Positions 39,401-51,200 of a DNA stretch of 64,000 nt are shown here, piece after piece; the first letter of the stretch is position 1, and each line of letters begins with the position of its first letter. The notes under the pieces are model-generated. The model worked only from the letters and a program-made list of their open reading frames with translations, ran no database searches and had not been told where the DNA came from. The stretch lies in assembly GCA_002633005.1 (NCBI GenBank), contig NMRA01000024.1, forward strand, positions 1,066,551 through 1,130,550, read 5' to 3'. The stretch is from Phoronis australis (taxonomy: Eukaryota > Animalia > Phoronida). The position numbers were made by a program, and so were the translations under genes.

Positions 39401-40976
39401 TACCAGAAATGGGCTAAAATGTACTTCTTTCATTTTTTGAGGTCTTGTATCGCCTGTTGATAGCTATGGTGGGGAATTTGCCGAAAGCATAAAGCATTAA
39501 TTTTGTGGTACACATTTTGTGAAAAAGCGTAGAAATGTAATTTCTCAATTGTCCACCATGCTGGGTCTCAAAATTGGCGAGGTCTTACCATTGTTGCAAA
39601 CTCATTTGCCTAGCCGCGATGAAGGTCATTAAAAATGGAGTAAAAGGCAGAGCTCTAATTAGGTGGAAACATTCAAATTGGGTGGCATACCCTACACTGT
39701 TTTCCTTGACTAATTTTCCTGGCGTTTCTATTTATCCCGTTTCTATTTATCGCCATTGCCTTGGCTAGGTGATTAGTATGAACTGCCTGTGGAGGCTTGG
39801 TGAGATGAATTTGGCCTGGGCTGGTTTTTGTTGATTCTACATTGATGACCTGTTTTTGAAGACCCTCCGCTCTGTGGGCTCCAGAGCAATTAATCTCCTG
39901 TGCAGTGGAAATCACCTGACTTAATTGACACAAATATTACATACGAATGCGTAACATTTGGTTTTAGTACTGGTGTTCTTTCTGATTGTCTTGAGTTGAA
40001 ATCCAGCTATGCTGGTCAGCACAGAATGATGTAGGCGAATTTAAAGTAGAACATTCACTAATCACCTTTTGTGAAAATCCTGATTTTCGTTGTACTATTC
40101 ATCGCTTGTACTATTCATCGCTGAGAAATATTCAGGAATTTTATCATTCAGAGCTGGTAGCCTTGAAATCCTTTTTAGGTCTCTGTTCATGTAGCTAACT
40201 TGAGGGTGTAGTTCTTGGGAAGTCTGACTTCGTATTCGTGTTTTCTGCAGAGAATTACTCTCTGAAGCTTATCTTCTTTTTCATGGTTTCAGTTTGATTG
40301 TTACATGGCAATAAGCTATTTTGTGCAACATTTTGTGTTGAATCACTGAATACGGTCCCAACACAGAATGTTGTGTGTGTTCCAGTTCAATACTCAATTA
40401 GTTGTAAGGCTGTGAAACGTTTTTAGGAATGCAGGAAAAACGGGACCACCCACATTTTCGCCCATTAATTTGATGCTTCATTATTCCAAAACCTGCATCC
40501 AACCTGATTTTATTAATTTCAACTGTCAATCAGGTGTATTTAGCTTCAGTGACAACGATGAAGTAATTTTTCGCTTGTTTAGCACCAAATATTGCTGACG
40601 AGTGAAAGTGTGTTTTGTGAAGTTTCTTCTCAATAATTAAACAGAAGAAAATTTTAGTAACTAGCACGGTTTGTGTTGCGTAGATGTGGGAAAGCTTCAA
40701 TGATTTGATGCAAAGTAACCAGCCTTTTAAATAGTGGAATTTTGCAATTTTGGGGTTATTTTGTGCTAAGTAAAGGAGAATTAATATGCTTGTAAAGGCT
40801 TATTGAAAAGGCAATTTTTGTAATCCCACGCTAGGCTGAACGGCCACCTTTTAGTGGGTGTCAAACCCATGTGTGAAAGGTATCGTGTTTTTTATGTCAT
40901 TGTTGCCTATTGTGTAAAATAGTAAAACAAGTAAAACTAAAACGACAAACGTCGGTATTAAAATATATTAAAATAT

Positions 40977-41012
40977 TCCTACGTTTCGAGCGATGCGCTC
41001 TTTGTCAAGGGT
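40977..41012 (-). ncRNA. Minimal type I hammerhead ribozyme-like motif (Penelope-like element remnant)
   Basis: Minus strand CC-UUGACAA-A-GAGCG-CAU-CGCUC-GAAA-CG-UA-GG: U3-A8 core variant, perfect 5-bp stem II, palindromic ACGU stem III, only 2-bp stem I. Confidence 0.5.
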
Positions 41013-43124
41013 GTGCTACAGACTGCTGAGTATATGTAGATGGATCTGGCCTATTGGGGGTGTAATGTTTTGAATAATAATTATTACTATTATTATTTGA
41101 ATTTATTTAGTGAAATTGTAATTTCTTTGTGATGAAGAATGGAGAATCATGCTATTTTTGCTGAAATTTACCTGAATTTGTTTGTCTGTTTCGGTATTTT
41201 TTTACTTATTTACTGATTTTACTAATATAACTTTTTGTCCTTTTACACATATGTGTTCGAGCTATTGTAGCCACATAAAGGATTACTGCGTAATTTCTCT
41301 TGCAATTTAATTGAGCCAGTTGTTATGTAAGATGCAGGTGCCACACTAAAAATATTAATCTCTGATGTTGGTATTATGCAACGTTACACAGTGATTTTAA
41401 TATCTCGCAAATAAACCGCTCAAAGGTGCTGGTATAAAACATAGCTTCGCCAGAGAGTTCTCAGATGCTTTTGTGCTGTTGTATTCAGTCAAGGTCACTT
41501 TGTACTGACAGTTTCTGGTTTTTCTTTTTAGATGCCAGTTCGACTGCGAAGTTTGGCCGATATCAGAGTGGGAACCGTTCCACTGTTGCTCTGGTTGAGT
41601 GGCGAGAACAGAATCTAAGGTATTGTTCGTGTTGGGTGTAACATATTGTCGGTATTGACAACGCATGCTGTGGTAAGATGATACTGAAAAAATTCTTTGA
41701 TTTTGGGACATAAATAATGGGTAAAATTGTCATATTTTTGTTTTTCGTAGCCTTTCCACATTGCTGCAAGCGCTAAAAACTTTACCAAATGTGTGGTAAT
41801 ACCTCCACCACACAAACCAAACTAAAAGCAAAGTAGATGTTCCTGAAGTGCAATTTTTGTTGAGAACTTTGACAAAATGAAATTTCATGTCTGCCATTTT
41901 ATGTCCCAAACTGAAGATTTTTACTGTAATATTGACGTAGCGCAAACTGCCTTTGGTGGAAGGTGACCTGTGCATGGTTCACTTGAAAAAAAATGTATTC
42001 TTATAATGCAACATGACTGGTTAAGTTTGAAGCCTGGGTCGAGCGTGAGTTCTAAGATTAGATTTTGGGCTGGAATGCAACTTGTACCAATTTACCTAAA
42101 ACTAGTTATGAATTAATATTGAAGAACCTTTCACAGACCGTTTCTTGCAAGATGAGCAAAATGTCACATGACCTCGCAAATTAATGCAAATAAAAAGTGA
42201 GTATAGTCGAAAGTTAACAGTAAAATCTCGCTAGTTTAGTACTTAATATGGCAGACATGTGATGAAATTCTACTTTTTGATTTTGATACGAAAGATATGT
42301 AGTAATATAGTAATGCTTCAATTAACTGTTCAAGGTTTGTACCATAGCCACCAACAGAAACTGTTCAAACATGAAAAAATGGAAAGTCTGGTAATTAATT
42401 TTGCACACATCACACGGAAATGCATTTTGTCGCATTTTGTAAACAAAAATGAGCATCAAGAAATGTTATGTTGAATGAGCAACTTTACCTGTCCCGTATG
42501 ACTGATGAATTGGTGATACGTTTTCCTTATCTGTAACATTTTTGTGTGCAATATGTGAAAAATTGCCGTATTAGCCTGTTCTCGCAAAATTGCGGCTAAT
42601 GTGGTGATTGGTTGGCGATGTTGGAGTGTTGCATTGTGGGATTGAGTTCACGGTTTCTTGCAGTTTACGCAAATCGGCTCAGCTTCAATTGTTAGTTCGC
42701 GTGCAGTCAGAGGTGTCATGCAGATGACCTTTTTATGGATAGCGAGGCTAATTCACAAAGGATTGTGGGATAACTGCTATCTCAAGCAGTGCCGACAACA
42801 GATGGAGACTTAGGATCTGTTGTGATCACTTCATTTTGGTTGTATATCAAGCAGACACATGTTCAGTTTATCATAGATATGAGTAAACAGGTAGTATATA
42901 TCTGAGTTAATGATGGCCTGCCAAACACTTTCTGGATGCTGGATTAGGAGTACTTTTATCTCACAAATCTATGCATTGAGATTCGTATCCATTGATTTTC
43001 GCTATCTGTAAAAATGGTCAGACGCAGATGTCTTGTGGTCACGCTAGGTGACGTCAGCTTCTTCCCCATGTTTAAATCTGCACTTTCTTTCCACTTGCTG
43101 TCCAATTGTGAAATTAGCTAATTA

Positions 43125-43391
43125 CATGCACGCACCCAGGGGGTGCTCGGGGGGCTCAAACGAGCCCACCATTTGGCGAAGTGGGTAAAAAGGTCCGCCT
43201 CAGAGAAACAAATAGTACTCGAAAATGAAACTAAACTCCCCTGAAAAGGCAGAAATTCGGCGAATGCACAAGTGCATAATTCATAGCCCTGAATATGCCC
43301 TGTTTTTATTTTTTTAATTTTATTTTTTTGTAAAAGGTCCACATTTTAAAAAATTCGAGCTCCCCTATATTTTAGGCTGGGTGCACACATG
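43125..43391. mobile_element. 267-bp hAT MITE with perfect 8-bp TSD
   Basis: TIRs catgcacgcacccag / ctgggtgcacacatg; TSD gctaatta at 43117-43124 and 43392-43399. Confidence 0.9.
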
Positions 43392-44627
43392 GCTAATTAA
43401 AGCCATCATGTGACGGATTGAAACAATTTCTTGTCACAATAGGGCTGCTTTTTACATTTACGTAAAGAATGCCATTTGATGGTAAGGAAAATTTCTAGAC
43501 TAATTTTTACGGTTATGTAGTCAGGGCTATGCTCTAGATATGTTGGTACGAGTTGTTTATCAGACAGAGTCAAGTAGTACCCCTGTTGGTCATTTAAGTT
43601 TTCAGCATCACCGTCTTTGTCGGTTGGCTATTGTTGAAATGGCTTGATGTGTTTTTAATTTCTATAATGAAATAAAGGATATTAATAAAAGTGTATATTG
43701 TATTATGGACACACTGACATAACGTACACATCTGCACATCCGAGGGAAAATACGTAAGCAGTGGTAGTGCTGGGAGCCATTTTCTATTGGGATCACTATA
43801 ATGACACATGTTTTAGAAATGTACTTTTCAAGTTTGTAGTAGTCATAAATTTCCCATTTAAGTCTTACAAGATCTGGCACAGTCTTCATTAGTCTGTTGT
43901 TCATTTCGTTTGCAGCACATCTAATTGAGTTTCAAAGATTTTTCACATTTGCAATGGTAGACAGTCCTCCAAAATATGCTACCAAGTGTTAACGACTAAT
44001 ATGAATGCATGATTTCGTCTGGCTCCTTTTAGCCAAAATTACTGAGTTCTGAATCAGAATTACCTATTTTAAGCAAAAATCTATTTGTACTCAATATTCT
44101 GCGAGTTAAACAAATTTGAAATCCCTCGAGTCCAGCCTCGCATGTTTGGTCTACAGACAGACAGAGTCAGCACCTCAGCCAAGAAGGCGCAGTGTTTTAA
44201 GACTGTTCCCAATCACCCTCATAAGCCACTTTTGTGTATACAATAACTTTTTAACGTTTTATTAGATATCAAATTTAAATTAAGACGAGCAATATTCAAG
44301 AATAGCAGTAAATTTGTTTTTTTTTTAAATTACAAGTTATTTGCGGAATTACTTTATCGTTATCAGTCAAGCTAATGAATGGACTAATTCATGAAGGGCC
44401 ATGCACTAAATCTTGTACAATGCGAATATCATAATAACACAATTCTACAATAACAGGGAAACTTTGAAAATCTAATGACAGAATTTGACAAAACTTGACC
44501 AAAGGGTATATTGCCAGCCTTTGTGTTAGTGCCAGTTAATTTTAGACTTTACTGCCATAACAACACTTGGGCTTGCACCCATCAATATTCGGATAGTTTG
44601 GTCTACCGTAGCACCCCCTGTTGGTAA

Positions 44628-46160
44628 TTTTTATGCCCCCACATGTTTTTATGTGGGTCCATATTGTCGTCATCTCTGTCTGTGTGTCTAGCGTCTGTAG
44701 CTGTATCTCCTAAACCCCTTGCAGGACCTTATTGAAATGTAGCAGTGTATTCTGATGCAGCTGATGACAGATAACCAGTTTCGGACCTATCCAAGTACCG
44801 CTGTGCCCCCTAGTGGCAGTTTTAGTTTTTTACGTTTGCCTCCGTTTTTTGGTGTTTCTAGATGGATTTTTGTAAAATTCGGCAAATAGGATGTGATGAT
44901 GTCATTTTGGATGGATTCGATGGATGTTATGCCACCTTGTGGCCATTTTTGTTGTTTTTGTGTCCGTTTTCTGGCGTCCATCTCTCGATCTGCCATATTG
45001 CTCAAAGGATCATTTTGGAAATTTTCAGATGTGCTCCTGATGCGTAAGGCCACGAATGACTTTGACTTTCAGACAAGTCTGACTGCTGTGTCGCCCCTAG
45101 TAGTGATTTTGTTTTTTTAGATGTCTGCGGCTGAATCTCCTTAACCCTTTGATAGAACATTCGGAAATTTGAGCCGACGACAAATGGTAACGAGTATCTA
45201 ACTGATCCAAATACTACTGTGTTCCCTAATGGCAAAATGTTTTTTTACGTTTGCTTCTGTATCGTCAGAGTTCATTCTTGTATTTTCATGAAATTCAGCA
45301 GATAGGTTTCTAATAAGGAGACGTCACTACAACTTTCCATTTTCGGACACACGTGGTGGCCATTTTTGTTATTTTTGCATCATTTTCCTGTTGTCTGCCT
45401 CCCTAAGGGATCAGTATGAAAGTTTACAAATGTGTTTCTGATGAGAAGGCCTCAACTGACATTGGCTTTCAGACGATCCAACTACTGTGTCACCCCCTAG
45501 TGGCGATTTGTTTTTTTACGATTGCAGCTGAATCTTCTTAACCCTTTGAAGGAGTATTTTGAAATATGAAAGATGTGTTCCTATGGAGCCGATGACAAAT
45601 GGTAACAAGTGTCGAACTGATCCAAATACCATTGAGCCCCCTAGTGGCAAAATGTTTATACATTTTCTCCTGTATCTTTGCAGTTCATAAATGTATGTTC
45701 ATGAAACTTGGCAAGCATGTTTTTATTAAGGAGATAACAATGCCTTCCCATTTTTGGACACATTTGGTGATTTCTGCACTACCGGGCGGCCATTTAAAAA
45801 TTAATATGTGTTTGACGTCTGCTTCTCTATCTGTCAAACCACTCATAGGATCATTATAAAAATTGACGGTTGTGTTCCTGATGCAAAGACCCAGCTGACG
45901 TTGATTTTTGGATGTTTTTTACTATTGCGGCGCTCCCTAGGGGCAATTTTGTTTTTTTTTGCATCTATGGCTGTATCTTCTCAACCCTTTGAAGGGTCTT
46001 TGCGAAATTTGGCAGATGGGCTCCTATAGACATGGCAAGAGATGGGGATAATTTTCGACCTATAGCTGTGCCCCCTTGTTTTAATTGATTTTATGTTTTT
46101 TTATGGTCAAAACGGCTCAACAGATTTTAAAGAAATTGTGGTGCATATGCCACTCGGTGG
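44628..46160 (+). mobile_element. HINE-like element, same family as 6197-7829, with ~9-10 tandem CTCF-motif units (array 3)
   Basis: 5' tttttatgcccccacatgtttttatgtgggtccat (subTIR plus IR), then a ctgtctgtgtgtct microsatellite. Motifs at ~44803, 44929, 45090, 45220, 45350 (partial), 45490, 45634, 45776, 45930, 46068 (partial). 3' end not resolved. Confidence 0.8.
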
Positions 46161-46766
46161 GATGTGCCGTCACGAATTAAGTCCATTCGCATTCATAATG
46201 CGCATGCCCGTTAGCACAAAAGGTCAGTACGAGCACACTCCAAGTAGTGAGAATACAGTTGAAGGGATATTGTTGGTTCTGTGAACTCGGACAGTAGCGT
46301 CTGCTTCTGGTGAAATTTCGACAACAGTCAGTTACTAGGGAATCAGATTTCGAGAACTAGTTAAGTAGAGAAAACTGGCTCTCAAAATGTGGGACCCTGT
46401 AAATGACTATCACAGTAAAATTTAACCAATTTGGGACACAGTGTGATGGATAAGTGAAATTTTACTTGTTCATGTTTTAAAAAACGTACCATCAAATTAT
46501 TACTTTACCGTGTTCAAGTTCTGTAACGTAGCGAACACTAGAAAATATGAAAAATTTGTGGCCATTCATAGCAATGTTGGAAGACCTCGAAAAACAAAAG
46601 ATTGATTTTAGTAATGCTTGTTTGAATTTGGTGAGATTTTATGGTGCAGAAATATCAAACATTCTGTCTACTATGTGAGCGGACATGGTTTTTGTTGTGA
46701 GTTTGGATGCAGATGTCAACCTAGAAAAAAATTTTTTAACGTTGATCAGTTCCCACTCGTCTGTAA

Positions 46767-47225
46767 AGACCTTTCATACTATTGTCGATGCGTCAATGTT
46801 TTGGGGAGCTGTGGTGAGTATGAATGGTTAACTTCGGTATTGGGTCGAAATTAACTTCGCAGTGAACAGGTGGATATTACAGTGGAGCGTCGACGCTGCG
46901 GTGGGGCGTGAACAATCAACTTCGGTGCCTTTGAAGTTAAATCGCCTAGGGTCGCTGTTTTCTTCAACAACTAAAGGGCAGTGTCGTCACTAATAATTGC
47001 TTATATTTTGCCAGAATAATCACCAACCGAATTAAAGATAAGTTTTATCTCAATTGGTAAATGTTCTCATATTGTCACATTAAAAAAATTGTAGCTCGCA
47101 CGCGATGCATCAGTGCTACCTTGCGATTACTTCGACAACGTCACCTACCAAAGATGGTATGAATGGTTCAGTTAACTTCACGGTTTACGTATGTCAGACC
47201 GGAGTTAAGTCAGTATGAAAGGGCC
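46767..47225 (-). mobile_element. Uninterrupted copy of the Harbinger-like MITE that is split at 6043-8155
   Basis: Termini agacctttcatact...agtatgaaagggcc; gaccggagttaagtcagtatgaaa is the reverse complement of 6049-6071; empty insertion site attgtcacattaaaaaaa at 47071-47088. Confidence 0.85.
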
Positions 47226-47903
47226 TATAAGCTAACTAACCTGAAATACATCAATCCTGCCTCATGGCCATTGGTATACACAGAATAGTTACATCTACTA
47301 AAATTGCATTTCAAGAGCAACAGGTGTGCACTTTTTGCATGCAGTGGAAATTGCTGAAAAAGTAGTTCTGGAAACTCCTTATCCTGATGAGCTGTTTTGT
47401 GCCTGCATTATACGCTTTTGAAGTGAATCTGAGTGGACCAGCAACTGTTTACTATGACACGCTAACGAAAAATAGATGTCTTTATGCAGTTTTAAAATTA
47501 TGAAAATGGCCGACTGGGACTTGCCGCGTATTTGAAGTCATTTCAAATAACTCAGACATTTATCTCATAAATTACTTTTAAAGAATTGAGTAATGAATTA
47601 TAGAGTTATCACTTTTTAAAAAAATCTACAAAAGTGAACATTTACCTGAATCACAAATAACTACAGTAAACGGAAATGGCTTAATCTAACACAAAATTTT
47701 GACGACTTTTAAAAAGTAAGTCAGCTCATTCAAAACCATCAGAAGCCTGTTCCACGTTGATGTGTAGGCCTATATAAGAAGTTGTGTCAGTTAAACTAAT
47801 TGGTGACAGAAATCTATCTGAGAACTAGAGTCAAGTTGTGTTTGAGATGATGAAGGTTTTAATATGTGGTTAATGAGAACTACTTGCCCACACCTGCAGC
47901 CAA

Positions 47904-47981
47904 CGGGTCTTTAGAATAATTCTAAAGACCCGGTCTTTAGAATTCTAAAGACCGGGTCTTTAGAATTATTCTAAAGACCCG
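47904..47981. repeat. Perfect 78-bp palindrome built from three overlapping smaller palindromes
   Basis: cgggtctttagaataattctaaagacccggtctttagaa | ttctaaagaccgggtctttagaattattctaaagacccg; the halves are exact reverse complements. Confidence 0.95.
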
Positions 47982-48242
47982 GTGACTACAGTGAAAGTCA
48001 ATGAACGGCTAGACAGACTTACGCAAAAACTTTGAATTTTTAGTGGAACCGCCAGCTGATCCCTGAGACTTCTTGTTGCATAGAGCCCTGAGAAATCTCG
48101 ATCTTTAGCAGAATTATTCCAAAGACTCGGTGACTAAAGTGCAAGTCAGTGAACGGCCACACAGACTTAGGCAAAAATGTTTTAGTGGAACTGCCAGCTG
48201 GTCCTCCTAGACTTCTTGGAGCTTAGAGCCCTCAGAAATCTT
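47962..48242 (+). repeat. Diverged ~148-bp tandem duplication beginning inside the palindrome
   Basis: agaattattc(t/c)aaagac(c/t)cggtgacta...agagccct(g/c)agaaatct at 47962 and 48110. Confidence 0.85.
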
Positions 48243-51200
48243 AATGCGTTGTGCCTAGTCAATTGCCATGTTAGAATTATTCAGTTATCATAATATCCAA
48301 CAAGTATCAATTTAAGCTGTTAACTATCTTCAAATCCTACCAGGATTCTATTTTCTCACATGACCTGGAATGCTTTACGACACGATTGGTTAATAATACC
48401 GAGTACTTAATTTTTTGACATTACGTGGGCAAATCACAAAATAGAAATTCATCCGCCTTACATCTTCTGTCATTTGCAAAGCACTAATACCAACAACCAA
48501 ATGCGCGCCAACCAAACAATACCGGAATTCTGTGAAGGTGACATGGTTATGACTGACAAATCAGGTGTCACAACTGAACGTACTCCTAGGTGGAAGGAAA
48601 TGCAAACAATTTCTTAAACAGACCCGTTGTCGGCGGCGAATTCCATATCCACGTTCATTCAAACGGAGACGAACCCCAACTCAAAAAAACGCTGCGAGAC
48701 TGTCTAGCTGTGCTGCCCCAAGGTCAATTCAGTGCTCTCACTCTGAAGCCCTGCTGACTGTTATTTATAAACATTTGTTAAGTTTTAATATTACAACTCC
48801 TAAGACTTTTAAATATCAGATTCTAACTTGAACATTTGTTACGAAAGCTGAATGCAATTTACAATTGTTAAGTTTAAAACAAAATTATTAACAAAAAGTA
48901 ACCTTACATTGCGCAAGCATGTTTTTACAAATGTTGCGTCATGTGGTTTGATGTTTTAGACACATTGAGTTTTTAGTAAAAAAGATTGTTTCTATGATTC
49001 ATGTGAGTAAACAAATCCCTCACTTGTCTCAGGTTTATACATGGACAAAACCTCTTGGAAATTTCGTCAAAATCCCTCGAAATCACAGGCACTGTGTACA
49101 ATTGAAATAGAATCCTATCATGATGTAAGGAATATTGTGAGATTGATGTTACGAGAGCAAACGGTCTGATTCAGCTTTTGTTTTTAAGGCGGTATAATTG
49201 GGAAAAAAGGTAACCATAAGTCACTGTAAATCACAAAATGTATTTCATGTAATTTTGGAAAAAAACAAACTTTAGCAGAGATTCATTCCATGGAGGCAGT
49301 ATTGGTCCTGGTATGGTTGTTTTCTCTTACTGGACAATTCATCTCACCAGCTGTAGTAGATTACTTTCCTCTTGTGTGAAAGTCATTGGTTCATTTCCAA
49401 ACTCCCTATTTTGTCAAAGCAGCCCTGTTTTCCAGTACATTGCCTTGTTACACACCCAGGCTCCCACTGTGACATTGCTAACTCTCTCAGATAATTTTCT
49501 CAAAAGCACTGAAATCAAGATAGTTATTGTGTAGTCACTCCCTTGTCCTTAAATTGCCCTCTTTTAAAAGATATGGCAAGGGTCTTTGTCCCAGTAAATA
49601 GGGGTGGAGCCCCCTAGGCAATTGAATTTTGTTCCTGGGGGTTTAGTGTTTTTCAATAGAACTGCACTTGCACTGGAGATGGCCCTAATATTGTGTGGAC
49701 CATTCATTGTCATTTGGGTTTGTAGTAAGCAATGGCTTTTACTTGCCTGTGGAAATTTCAAAGCGAATAAAAGTTGTAGTTCATGTAGGCCTGGAGAGTT
49801 GAAGACTGATTGAATTCGAGGCATTGTCCTGGCATGCTACGCTCATAGGAGTTTGAAAATACTCGCAGTCTCGCTATCAACAATGCTAGCCTGACCTGAA
49901 TTTTGACGAAGTAATGAACTGTCAGTTCTGTAGCCCCTACTTCTTTCTTCGTTTGAGTAAGGAACAATTTTATTCTATTTTACGGTAAGTGACCCTCAAT
50001 AAAGACTTTACATAAAGCACAGGTTTTATATCGCTTTAAAGGACGATGAATGGTTGATTTGGCTCTCGTGTTACCTGTGTACCAAAGCTTACATTGAGAT
50101 TTCGAAAAACGTGCTTTATTGTCACTTCTTAGTAATGCTAATTTTTAATTGGAAATCCTTTCGGTATTGTCGTCCTAATGTCATGGCCATTATATCTAGT
50201 GCTTGAGAACTCGGTGCCTTCCAGTTGACTGAATCAACGTGGATCTATTGAACAAATAGCCAGCCTGTTGACCAAAGGTTGTAGCCAAAAATCAAAACAC
50301 TCTGTTCCATGTTTACTCACTGGCCACTCACTCATTATTTTCCAAACTTATTCTTTGGCCACAAGCTGACTGAAATGTTTGCCATTGTGTATTCGTCACC
50401 TTACGTAATTACACTATTGACCGCTTTTGTTCCCTCAGCACACTTGTGCAAAGGCTTTGTGTGAACGATCAATGTCCATTTGTGGAACTACTTTTTGTCA
50501 GAGAACTGCTGTGTGTTGTTAATGGACAGGTACTCATAAGGTCAGAGAGAAGGACTGGGTTATGTAAAGAGAACGTATACGTATACCTTCAGGCGAAGCA
50601 TTGAGACCAGCTTTGCAGGCATGAAATTTGATTTTCATGGCCGCGTTTTCAAGAAGGGCTATTGCACTTATGTACAAGTGATGATTACATTTTCGCATTC
50701 TGATCTATGGCTTCAGTATTTCCAAAAATTGTGAGCGCTTGAGGAATTAATAGGAACAATATTAACAATCATTTTGTCTGAAATTAGGGAGATCGTAGTC
50801 TTCATATGGAATTTTGTGACTTAATTAGCAAGATAGATATTTGTCCGTTGCCACCGGAACCTGGGCTGCGTGACTTTGCAAAAATATTGGCTTGTTAAGT
50901 GAAGATGAGTAGTTTCAGTTACTATTTTATAACCCACCCTTGAGGTGTGGTCAACTGAAGTGAGATAATAATCTGTTTTGCTTCTAATGTTGACAAATGC
51001 CTATTCTGCAAACGTTATGACAGGCAACTGAAATTTTTTATTTTGTAAAAAAGTTTCAACTTGGAGAAACATCAACAGTTCTTGAAAAAAACTTGTGTCT
51101 TGATTTTTGACAGGTTAATGACACTTCTCTGTAGCTAACAGAAAAAAGAAACAAAATTTACAAGTTACATTAAAAAAATAGTGTTTGTGGAAAATTCGAC

